Both the position numbers and the translations under genes were made by a program. Under the pieces are notes generated by a model. The model had not been told where the DNA came from and did no database searches. It saw only the letters and a program-made list of their open reading frames with translations. A DNA stretch of 64,000 bases from Planctomycetota bacterium (GTDB taxonomy: Bacteria > Planctomycetota > UBA11346), in assembly GCA_038231435.1 (NCBI GenBank), contig JBBRLJ010000005.1, positions 69,900 to 133,899 of the forward strand, in the 5' to 3' direction. This document shows, in pieces, positions 50,508 to 58,867 of this stretch. Positions within the stretch are counted from its first letter, which is position 1. The number at the start of each line of letters is the position of its first letter.

Positions 50508-52445
50508 ATGCCGCGTTCGCGCCTGAGCAGCATCGCCGTCCGCCTCGCGCTCGGAGTGGCGATCGTCGGATGCCTGTTCGCCATTCCGGGGGCCGTCGGC
50601 ACCGTGGCCCAGCTCGGCAGCCTCGCCTGGACGCTGCTCCTGCCGTTGGGATTCGCCATCGGAGTCTCAGGCTGGCGTTTCGGCGCTCCCTGGTGGGGCG
50701 GCGTCGCGTGGTTGATGGGCTTGCTCGCGCTGGGCGCGACCGCGCGTTTCCAAGCCTGGTGCATGGGAGGCGCGGCGGATCTGGCAGGCGCCTGGTGGCC
50801 GTGCGCGGTGCTCTGCGGATTCGTGGTGCTGGGCTGCGGCGCGTTCGAACACGCGGCGCGTGAGCGCGTGCGCCTGGCCCGGCGCGAATGGGCGGTGCGG
50901 CCGATGCTGTTCGCCGCCGCCATGGTGGTGTGCATTGCTGGCGCACTCGCCGCGCGCGGCAGCGAGCCGTCGCGTGAGCTCGCCGTGGGTGCGGCCGCGT
51001 CCTTTCCGCCCCTGGTGCTCGCGGCGCTCCTGGCCGGGATATCGGCGCGCGCGCTGGTGCGAGGTCCCGGACGGCGTCCGGTGTGCGGCTGGACGGCGCT
51101 GAACACCCTCTGCGGCTACGGCACCTTCGCGCTGTCGTGTGCGCTGATGCCGCCGTTCTCGCTGCTGCTGCTCTGTGCGGGCTCGCGACGCGAGCGCCTG
51201 CTGCGTGGCGGCATGCGCCGCTGGATGCGCCTGGTGTACGTGATGACCCCGACGGTGCGCTGGAGCTGGAGCGGTCACGGGTCGGCGCTGGTCGGCCGCC
51301 GCGTGGTGGTGTCCAACCACGAGTCGATCCTCGACATCCTCAGTGCCTGCGCGCTCCCCGGCACCCGCAACCTGCTGGCGAAGACCTGGGTGTTCCGGGC
51401 GCCGATGCTCGGATTGGCCGCGCGCTTCGCCGGCATCCGCAACGTCGACCGGCTTGATCCCGACGACTATCTGGCCGATGCGCGGAACCTGCTCGGTGAG
51501 CGCGAAGGAGTGTTCGTGTTCCCCGAAGGCCGGCGTACGCGCGATGGCGAGGTCGACCGCTTCCGCCTCGGCGCATTCGCCCTCGCGGAGGGAGCGTCAA
51601 TCGGAGGGACTTCCGTCGGTGGTGCGCACGGCGAGGTGGTGCCGGTCGCCATGGCTGGCGGAACTTGGTCGATCCCTGCCGGCCAATCGTGGATCCAGCC
51701 CGGCGAGGTGCGCAGCGTGGTGCTTCCGCCGATGCGGCGCGAGCCGGATGAGCCGCTGCGCGCCTTTGCCGCGCGTTGCCGTAGCGCGATCGTGACCGTC
51801 CTGCATGCGGCGCGGGCCGAGCTGCTACCCGGCTGGCATGCCGCGCTGCAACGCCGGGGCTGGCTCAACGGCTTGCCCCGGCGCATGCGCGCCGCGGCGC
51901 TGCGCGAGAGCCGTGCCGAAGGCGACCGCAGCATCGCCGGAGCGCTCGCGGCAGCCTGCGCCGCGAGCGAGGAGACGCGCGGCGACTGGCTGCTCGTGGG
52001 CGCTGGATGGGGCACCGCCGCGCTGTGCCTGCGCCAGATCGCTCCGGGCGGCCGACTGCATGCGATCGAGTCCGATGGCGCGAAGCTGCGCGTCGCGGCG
52101 CATGCGTGGTTGCGCGCGGGCGATGCCATCGACATATCGGATTCCGCCGCCACTCCCGGTCTGCGCGAGCCATCGCCCGCGCCAGTGTTTTCAGGTGTGG
52201 TCTGCCATCTGCCCTTCGCCGACCAGCGTGTCGCGAGCCTGTTGCCGCGCATCGCCGTGGCGCGGCCGGCGGTGGTGGTGGTCTGCGTCGATGCGCGGGC
52301 CTGGCTGGCTGCGCTGCCTGGCTATTCGCGCGTGCTCTGGAACGGCACCGACGACGAGGCGATCGGGGTCATGGTGCGCGATGCGATCGCCGGCGCGCCA
52401 TCGCGCCGGATCACTCCAGCCCCGGCAGCGCCGGCGGCGGGGTGA
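50508..52445 (+). CDS. Membrane protein with PlsC-type acyltransferase domain and degenerate SAM-methyltransferase-like C-terminus
   Basis: N-terminal TM helices; SNHESILD and FPEGRR acyltransferase motifs; LLVGAGWG...HAIESD Rossmann-like segment. Confidence 0.78.
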   Translation: MPRSRLSSIAVRLALGVAIVGCLFAIPGAVGTVAQLGSLAWTLLLPLGFAIGVSGWRFGAPWWGGVAWLMGLLALGATARFQAWCMGGAADLAGAWWPCAVLCGFVVLGCGAFEHAARERVRLARREWAVRPMLFAAAMVVCIAGALAARGSEPSRELAVGAAASFPPLVLAALLAGISARALVRGPGRRPVCGWTALNTLCGYGTFALSCALMPPFSLLLLCAGSRRERLLRGGMRRWMRLVYVMTPTVRWSWSGHGSALVGRRVVVSNHESILDILSACALPGTRNLLAKTWVFRAPMLGLAARFAGIRNVDRLDPDDYLADARNLLGEREGVFVFPEGRRTRDGEVDRFRLGAFALAEGASIGGTSVGGAHGEVVPVAMAGGTWSIPAGQSWIQPGEVRSVVLPPMRREPDEPLRAFAARCRSAIVTVLHAARAELLPGWHAALQRRGWLNGLPRRMRAAALRESRAEGDRSIAGALAAACAASEETRGDWLLVGAGWGTAALCLRQIAPGGRLHAIESDGAKLRVAAHAWLRAGDAIDISDSAATPGLREPSPAPVFSGVVCHLPFADQRVASLLPRIAVARPAVVVVCVDARAWLAALPGYSRVLWNGTDDEAIGVMVRDAIAGAPSRRITPAPAAPAAG

Positions 52446-52875
52446 CCGAGGTCTCGATCGGAAGCTCGCGGCGCTTGATGCGCTGCTCGAACGAGCGCAC
52501 CAGCACCAGGTATTCGTCCCAGTTCGACGGCTTGATCACGTAGGAGGTCGCCTGCAGCTGCTCGCTGCGTTCGATGTCCTTGCGACGCTCCGACGAGCTG
52601 AGCATGATCACCTGGAGATCGTGCATGCGCGGATCCAGGCGGATGTCCCGCAGCACGTCGTGCCCGCTCTTCACCGGCAGGTTCACGTCCAGGAGCACCA
52701 GCGCCGGGAGGGGCTCGCCGCTCTCCAAGCGGCTCGTGAGCAGCGCCAAGGCCTTGTTGCCGTTGTCGATCAGGGTGAAGCGCGCCTTGACCTCGTACTG
52801 GCGGAAGGCTTCCTGCACCAGCTCGCTGTCGCCAGGATTGTCGTCGACGAACATGATTTCGGGTAGGTCGTCCAT
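52411..52875 (-). CDS. Single-domain response regulator (CheY/Rcp1-like)
   Basis: VDDNPGD, LVLLDVNLP, MLSSS, YVIKP; GAGG upstream. Confidence 0.9.
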   Translation of the reverse strand: MDDLPEIMFVDDNPGDSELVQEAFRQYEVKARFTLIDNGNKALALLTSRLESGEPLPALVLLDVNLPVKSGHDVLRDIRLDPRMHDLQVIMLSSSERRKDIERSEQLQATSYVIKPSNWDEYLVLVRSFEQRIKRRELPIETSVTPPPALPGLE

Positions 52876-53001
52876 CGCCTCGACATGCTGCACATGCCGC
52901 GGCCCGAGGAAGGCTTCTCGCCCCGAACATCCGACAAGTCCGCGCACTGGGAAATGGCCGGAAGCCCTTGCGGGGAAGGTCCATGCCGCCACAACCACGG
53001 C

Positions 53002-53481
53002 GTGCCCACCGATCCGGACAGCCACCCCGCCGGCCTCCCCGCCGATCCAACCAACTTTACCACCGATCTCGTCGCGGAGGAGCTCACGGCCCACCAGCCG
53101 CCGGCCCTGCTGGTCGAGCGCGCGCTCGTGCTCGACCGCGATGGCGGCACGGTCCGGCTCAAGCCCCACCAGGGCCTGGACGCCCTGCAGCTGCTCGAAG
53201 CCTGCGCCCAGGCGGTGGCGGTGCTGACTGGCGCGCGCATGCGCCGCGACGGGGCCGGGCTTTCGGCGTCGGGGATGCTGGTTGGCGCCAAAGGCGTGGT
53301 GGTGGCGCGCGCGGCCCTCGCGGGAGAAGCGGTGGAGATCGACACCCGCCGCGTGCACGCGCTCGGCGCGCTCGAGCTGCACGAGGTGGTGGCGCGCTCC
53401 GTCGACATGGCGATCGAACTGGCGCGCGGCGAGCTCAAGGTAGCCAGCACCACTCCGGGCCGAGCGGAGACGATGGCATGA
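53002..53481 (+). CDS. Hotdog-fold dehydratase-like protein (ApeP/FabA-like)
   Basis: ELTAHQPPALLVER, LLEACAQAVA, GMLVG; start uncertain. Confidence 0.7.
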   Translation: MPTDPDSHPAGLPADPTNFTTDLVAEELTAHQPPALLVERALVLDRDGGTVRLKPHQGLDALQLLEACAQAVAVLTGARMRRDGAGLSASGMLVGAKGVVVARAALAGEAVEIDTRRVHALGALELHEVVARSVDMAIELARGELKVASTTPGRAETMA

Positions 53482-53975
53482 TGAAGCGCATCAAGACCCG
53501 CATCCCGGCGAACTGGGACGCAATCGAGATCGCGGTACCGGTCCATTTCAGCGAAGTCGATTCGATGAAGCTGGTGTGGCACGGGCATTACATCCGCTAC
53601 TGCGAGAGCGCCCGCGAGGCCTACTGCCGCGAACGCGGGTTGTCCTACCAGCAGATGGAGGACGAGAACTGCATCGCGCCGGTGGTGCGCGTGCAGATCG
53701 AATACCTGGCGCCCGCGCGCATGGGCCAGACCGTGCGCGTCCGCTGCGCCCACCTGCCGGGCAGCGAGCCGATGCTGAACCTGTTCTACGAGATCCACGG
53801 CCCGGAGCCGGCGGGCGGCGGCGTGGGCAAGCTGCTCTGCATCGCCGAGACCGTGCAGGTCTTCATCGATCTCGCCGGGCAGCCGTACCTGAGCTCGCCG
53901 CCGCCAGTGGCGCGGATGTTCGCCGCGATCGCCGCGCGCGAGCGCGAGTTGGGCTCCACCGGATCGCCCGGCTGA
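53478..53975 (+). CDS. Acyl-CoA/ACP thioesterase (hotdog, ApeK-like)
   Basis: VHFSEVDSMKLVWHGHYIRYCESARE, AETVQVF; overlaps both neighbours. Confidence 0.85.
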   Translation: MMKRIKTRIPANWDAIEIAVPVHFSEVDSMKLVWHGHYIRYCESAREAYCRERGLSYQQMEDENCIAPVVRVQIEYLAPARMGQTVRVRCAHLPGSEPMLNLFYEIHGPEPAGGGVGKLLCIAETVQVFIDLAGQPYLSSPPPVARMFAAIAARERELGSTGSPG

Positions 53976-54337
53976 TGGAACCGACGCGCGACGCCGCCGC
54001 ATCGCTCTTGGACTGGTCGCGCGTGGGCGACGCGGGGGCGCGCGCGCGTTTTCGTTTCTCAGGCGCGCTGCCGGTATTCATCGGGCATTTTCCCGGACAG
54101 CCGTTGCTGCCCGGCGTGTACCAATTGGCGGCGATCGCCGAGACCGCGCGTCGCGCTCTGGGGACGCTCGACGTGGTGGCGTGCGAACGGGCGAAATGGT
54201 CGGCCCCAGCCTACCCCGAGAGCGAACTCCTGGTCGAGGCGCATTGGCGCGAACGCGACGGTGGCGTGCTCGTGGACGGCACCGTGTCCACCGCGTCGGG
54301 CCCATGCGCGAGCTGTCGGCTCATCATGAGGGGGTAG
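53975..54337 (+). CDS. 3-hydroxyacyl-ACP dehydratase-like protein (ApeI/FabZ-like)
   Basis: VFIGHFPGQPLLPGVYQL. Confidence 0.82.
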   Translation: MEPTRDAAASLLDWSRVGDAGARARFRFSGALPVFIGHFPGQPLLPGVYQLAAIAETARRALGTLDVVACERAKWSAPAYPESELLVEAHWRERDGGVLVDGTVSTASGPCASCRLIMRG

Positions 54338-54357
54338 CACGCTGACGCGCGTGATTG

Positions 54358-54429
54358 GTGGTGGTCGGTTCAGCCGCAAGCATCATCACGCGTCGTGAGA
54401 CCGACCGACAACCGCTGACCGACCACCAC
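54358..54429. terminator. Stem-loop between convergent genes
   Basis: GTGGTGGTCGGT(t)CAGC...GCTGACCGACCACCAC. Confidence 0.45.
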
Positions 54430-54445
54430 GGGTCCCTCGGGCCGG

Positions 54446-55507
54446 TCAGAACAACCAGTTCGCTCCGTACGCCATCTCGCCGCCGAGGTGCGCGGTCAGT
54501 CCGGCCAGCGCGGCGCTGCCGAGCAGGACCGCGCGGAAGATCCAGCGTGAAGATCCGCCGAGCAGCAGGCCGCTCGCGGCCACCGAGATCACCAGCGTCA
54601 GCCAGCCAGCGACCTCGTGCAGCATCAAGGCGCGATTGTCGCCACGCCGGAACATCGAGCCGTCGTCGGCGAAGAAGGTGCCGGTGGCGACCGCCATCAC
54701 CGCGCCTGCGGTGCCGCAGAACACCAGCAGGCGCACCGCCGGCTCCCAGGCCGGGCCGCGCCACCAGGCCAACAGCTCGGCGAGCAGGGCCAAGGCCAGC
54801 GCCGCCACCGGGAAGTGGATGACCAGCAGATGGAGCTTGCCGAACAGCGGACGTCCGGCCTGCCAGCTCTTCTCCTCGGTGAGCGCGCCCGGCATCGCCG
54901 TGGGCTTCGTCCCTGGCGAGGCAGGCGGTTTTACCGAACTTGGGGAGAGCGCTGACGACGCGATCGGCTTCGTCGTGTCGGGCGCGACGGGATCCGTAGC
55001 ATGCGTCGGATTCGCGGGATCGGTGGCAACGCCGGCGACGGATGGCGAAACCGGATCTTTAGCCGCAGGCGCGGGCGGATCTTGGCCCCAGGTCGCGCCC
55101 TTCGCGATCCACGCCACCAGATCGGCGATCTGCGCTTCGCTCAGGCGGTTGTCCGGTGGCATCTGCAGATCCTCGTCTGCGTAACGCACCGAGGTCACCA
55201 GGATGCTGTGCTCGGGATCGCCGACCACGATCGCCGGACCGCGGCCTCCGCCCTGCAGCATGGCCTCTCGGCTGTTGAGCTTGAGGTGGCCCTTCTGGCG
55301 GGCGTTGCCGTGGCAACGCAGGCAGTTCTTCTCGAGGATGGGCGCGATGCGTTGGGTGAAGAATGCAGCGGTCCCGGCGTCCGCCACGGCGGGCGAAGCC
55401 GTCGCGCCTTGGGCATCCTCGGCTCGCACTGTCGCGAGTGAGCACGCGGACAGGACCAGCAGGACGACCAGGGCACGGACACTGCGCATGCCGGATGCTA
55501 TCGCCAT
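54446..55507 (-). CDS. Planctomycete-type cytochrome c domain fused to a DUF2231-like membrane domain
   Basis: Signal peptide; IAPILEKNCLRCHG...KGHLKL...MPP...LVAWIAKGA; C-terminal LHLLVIHFP, LHE, AHLGGEMAYG. Confidence 0.85.
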   Translation of the reverse strand: MAIASGMRSVRALVVLLVLSACSLATVRAEDAQGATASPAVADAGTAAFFTQRIAPILEKNCLRCHGNARQKGHLKLNSREAMLQGGGRGPAIVVGDPEHSILVTSVRYADEDLQMPPDNRLSEAQIADLVAWIAKGATWGQDPPAPAAKDPVSPSVAGVATDPANPTHATDPVAPDTTKPIASSALSPSSVKPPASPGTKPTAMPGALTEEKSWQAGRPLFGKLHLLVIHFPVAALALALLAELLAWWRGPAWEPAVRLLVFCGTAGAVMAVATGTFFADDGSMFRRGDNRALMLHEVAGWLTLVISVAASGLLLGGSSRWIFRAVLLGSAALAGLTAHLGGEMAYGANWLF

Positions 55508-55624
55508 CGTCGGCGCCCCGCCATGGGCTGCCCGCCGATCAGTCCTCGGGTCCAGGGTTGGTGCACAGCGACCTACTGCGCACGGGTAGCGGCCGGTATA
55601 CTGCGGAATCCACAGGAGCGACCG

Positions 55625-56638
55625 ATGGCTCGATCACCAGTACCTGCCAAGCGCCCAGTGATGCGTTCCGGTAAGAGACAGACCAAGGGTTCACTCGATA
55701 GCGTGACGACTTCCCGCGCTACGCCGACCACCGCAGCCGCGACGGCCTCGACCAGGGGCGCGCCCGCTCCGGCCCGGTCGCTCGCGACCTATCGCGCCAA
55801 ACGCGATTTCCGCACCTCGCCCGAACCGCTCGGCGGCAGCCCGCGCGATGGGCAGCGCTACTTCTGCGTGCAGAAGCATCTCGCCAGCCATCTGCACTAC
55901 GATTTCCGCCTCGAGCACCGCGGCGTGCTCCTGTCATGGGCGGTGCCCAAGGGCCCGTCACTGAATCCCCACGACAAGCGCCTTGCGATGATGGTCGAGG
56001 ACCATCCGTACGACTACGGCGATTTCGAGGGCGTCATACCCAGCGGCTACGGAGCGGGCGTCGTCATGCTCTGGGATCGCGGGCTATGGCGGTCGCAGGA
56101 CCAGGACATCGACGCCGCGCTCGAGCGCGGGGAACTCAAGTTCGAGCTCGAGGGCGTCAAGCTCAAGGGCTCGTGGGTCTTGGTCCGTACTTCTGGTGGC
56201 TACGGTCGCCGCGGCAAGGACGGCGACTCCCATCGCGATCCTCGTGGTGATGAGCAAGGCAAGGAATCCCGCAGTTGGCTGCTGATCAAGCATCGCGACG
56301 ACTGGGCGGGCGAGGTGGACATCGTCGGCTTCGCGCCGCTGAGCGTGAAGAGTGGTGGCGATTTCGCCGACATCCTCGCGCAGGAGAAGTCCGATCTGTG
56401 GCAGTCGGATCGGCCCGCCCGCGGCGGCGTGGCCGGTGGACTGTTCGAGGAGATCATCGCGCGCGCGGCTGGGATCCGCTCCGCGCGCGAGCGCGGAGCG
56501 GATGCACCGGCACCGCGGAAGACACGTGCTTCTCGCGGTAGCCCGGACATCACGAAGCAGAGCGGAAGCAAGACCCGCAGCGGAAACACGCAGCGGAACG
56601 GAACACGCGCGGGTCCGGATCGCCGCACGCGCGCCTGA
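55625..56638 (+). CDS. Stand-alone LigD 3'-phosphoesterase domain protein
   Basis: YRAKRDF, QKHLASHLHYDFRLE, SWAVPKGP, VEDHP, FEGVIP, WDRG; no polymerase or ligase domain. Confidence 0.9.
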   Translation: MARSPVPAKRPVMRSGKRQTKGSLDSVTTSRATPTTAAATASTRGAPAPARSLATYRAKRDFRTSPEPLGGSPRDGQRYFCVQKHLASHLHYDFRLEHRGVLLSWAVPKGPSLNPHDKRLAMMVEDHPYDYGDFEGVIPSGYGAGVVMLWDRGLWRSQDQDIDAALERGELKFELEGVKLKGSWVLVRTSGGYGRRGKDGDSHRDPRGDEQGKESRSWLLIKHRDDWAGEVDIVGFAPLSVKSGGDFADILAQEKSDLWQSDRPARGGVAGGLFEEIIARAAGIRSARERGADAPAPRKTRASRGSPDITKQSGSKTRSGNTQRNGTRAGPDRRTRA

Positions 56639-56659
56639 CGTATCAGGGAATGCTCGTCG

Positions 56660-57679
56660 TCACTTCGCCTTGGTCGGGTTCGCCGCTGGCGCGGCGGCGA
56701 GCGGAGCTGGAGCGGGATCGACCGAGGCGGCGGGAACCGAGCCCGTGGCCGGGATCTGACCCGCCGGCCACGAATCGACATACGCCTTATGCGCGGCGAC
56801 CGTCGCCTGCTCGCAGGTGTCGAGCGCGGTCTTGCCAGCGGCGAGCTCATCCTTGGATTGCTGCAGGCTCTTGCTGGCGGTATCGACCACCTTGCCAGCA
56901 TCGGTGATGGCCTTCTCGATGTCCTTCGCCTTCTGCGCATACGGCGACGCATCCAGGGTCGCCTTGTTCTTGGCGGCGACCTGCTTGGCCTTGGCTTCCT
57001 CTGCCTTGTTCGCCTGCAGGTCGGCCTTCAGCTTCTCGACGCGCGCCTTGCTGTCGGCGAGGCGCTTTTCGAGCGGCGGCACCGCGGCATCGAGGGTCCG
57101 CACCTTGTGCGCCTGGGCATCGCGTTCGAAACCGGTCTTGATCTCGGTCTTGCGCAGCGCGACCTGCGCCGGGGTCATCAGCTTGCCTTCGTATTCCACC
57201 ATGCCGTGCTTGGCCGCGTAATCCGCGCGCTTGATCCACTGGCCCTCGTCGAGCAGGTAGCCGAGATCCTGGAGCAGGCCCTGGGCGACCTCGTCCTTGG
57301 GATCGCGGGCGTAGAGCCTCTTGGCGTGCGCGAAGGCCTCGTCCTGCAGGCCGCGATCCATGCACCACTTCGCCAGCTGGTACTGGCCATCGAAGGTGTC
57401 GGGAGTCTCGGCGGAGTGCTTCTGGTAGAGATCCGATAGCGAGGTGACGATCTCCATCTCGGCGATGGCGCTGCGCTGGTATTCGGCGCGGCCGACGATC
57501 AGGCCGTTGCGTGTCCAGACCTTGCGGTTGATGGCGAGGATCGCCTCGGGCGCGTCGAGGCGTTCACCGAACACCCGCTCGCCGGACTTGAGCCTGGCCT
57601 CGACGTCGGCTGCGGAGGCTCCTGGTGCCCATGCGGACACGAGAGCGAGGGCGGCGAGCAGCGGCAGCGGACGCGACAT
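56660..57679 (-). CDS. Secreted hypothetical protein with TPR-like segment and coiled coil
   Basis: Signal peptide; LAKWCMDRGL...DP...LGY...GQW motif; long K/A/E-rich coiled coil; GGAG upstream. Confidence 0.75.
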   Translation of the reverse strand: MSRPLPLLAALALVSAWAPGASAADVEARLKSGERVFGERLDAPEAILAINRKVWTRNGLIVGRAEYQRSAIAEMEIVTSLSDLYQKHSAETPDTFDGQYQLAKWCMDRGLQDEAFAHAKRLYARDPKDEVAQGLLQDLGYLLDEGQWIKRADYAAKHGMVEYEGKLMTPAQVALRKTEIKTGFERDAQAHKVRTLDAAVPPLEKRLADSKARVEKLKADLQANKAEEAKAKQVAAKNKATLDASPYAQKAKDIEKAITDAGKVVDTASKSLQQSKDELAAGKTALDTCEQATVAAHKAYVDSWPAGQIPATGSVPAASVDPAPAPLAAAPAANPTKAK

Positions 57680-57868
57680 GTGAGCTCCAGGCCGGGGATG
57701 AGAACCGGCCACCATCAAGGATACCTCCAAAACCGCCATCCGTTGCCACGGGCCGCGCTGTACGGAGTTTTCCACGCCTACGTTGCCTAAGCGCCAAGAT
57801 CTTGCTAGACTGCAGGATGCGTTGATCCAGCTACGCGAGCATGGACGCTGGCATAAGCGGAGGCAGTC

Positions 57869-58243
57869 ATGGGATTCGACCGCTCAGATGACCGATTCGT
57901 GCGCCTCGAGCGCTCTCTGCTCGGGCACGATGCCCATGGGGTTACCTACGATCCTGCTGGCGACCTCGACCTCGCCGGCTTGGGCCGGGAAATGGCGCGC
58001 CTGGGATTCGAACTGGTGGCCTGCGATCAGCAGGGCTACGAGTACGCGGCCGAGTTCCGGCTCCCCGCCCGGCCCAGGCGGCATGCCGTGCATGGCACCG
58101 CCACGTCGTTCAGCCGCCGCAACGCCGTCATCGAGGCCGCCATCGCAGCCCTCGAGGGACTCGAGGGACATGGTCAGCACCAGGAGCCGCGATCCGGCCG
58201 AGCCGGATTCATGCCCGAGCTGGTGGCGAGAGCCGCATCCTGA
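57869..58243 (+). CDS. Hypothetical protein
   Basis: GGAGG upstream of the ATG; fills the gap; no family recognised. Confidence 0.6.
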   Translation: MGFDRSDDRFVRLERSLLGHDAHGVTYDPAGDLDLAGLGREMARLGFELVACDQQGYEYAAEFRLPARPRRHAVHGTATSFSRRNAVIEAAIAALEGLEGHGQHQEPRSGRAGFMPELVARAAS

Positions 58244-58281
58244 CTTTCGCGACGAGACCATGCCGTCGCCACGGTCCGTGA

Positions 58282-58719
58282 TCATCCTTCGACGAGCAGA
58301 TCGTCCGTGGTGAGCTGGTTCGCCTCCAGGTAGGCCGCCCCCTGGGTCGAGAACGGCGTCCACGGCATCAGCGCCAGGCGCTCGTGCGCGATCGGCTCGC
58401 GGGTGTGCTCGCACAAGCCGAATGGCAGGGGGAGTCCGGTATCGATCTTGCGGATGGCGCGATCGATCTGCCACACCAGCTCCTGTTCGCTGTCGGCAGC
58501 CATCACGCTGAGGTCCTGATCCTGGGCGTCGCTGCCGCCGTCGGCGAGATGGTTGGACGAGACGGTGACGGCTTCAGTCGCCACCGCGTCCTCGCGGAGC
58601 TGCTTGATGTCGTCGGCCATACCCCGCCGGCGCCCCACCAGTTCGGTCCGCCACTTGGCGAGCTCCGCTGGAGAGAACGGCGAGGTCGTGCTCGGTGGAT
58701 CGTTCGCTGCACTCGGCAT
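58282..58719 (-). CDS. TraR/DksA-family protein
   Basis: Coiled coil with NHLADGGSD tip, QIDRAIRKI, FGLCEHTREPIAHERLALMPWT; GGAGG upstream. Confidence 0.85.
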   Translation of the reverse strand: MPSAANDPPSTTSPFSPAELAKWRTELVGRRRGMADDIKQLREDAVATEAVTVSSNHLADGGSDAQDQDLSVMAADSEQELVWQIDRAIRKIDTGLPLPFGLCEHTREPIAHERLALMPWTPFSTQGAAYLEANQLTTDDLLVEG

Positions 58720-58867
58720 GGTGGCCTCCGATCAGATCATCGACTCCAGGCGTTCGGCTTCCAGCATCGGCCCTGGAAGTCCTGACAGTGCGGCGCCACG
58801 ACCAGAGAGCGCCGCCGGCGTGAACCCCGCGTGCCGACCGGCGTTGGTCCGTCCAGAGGGGACCGAC

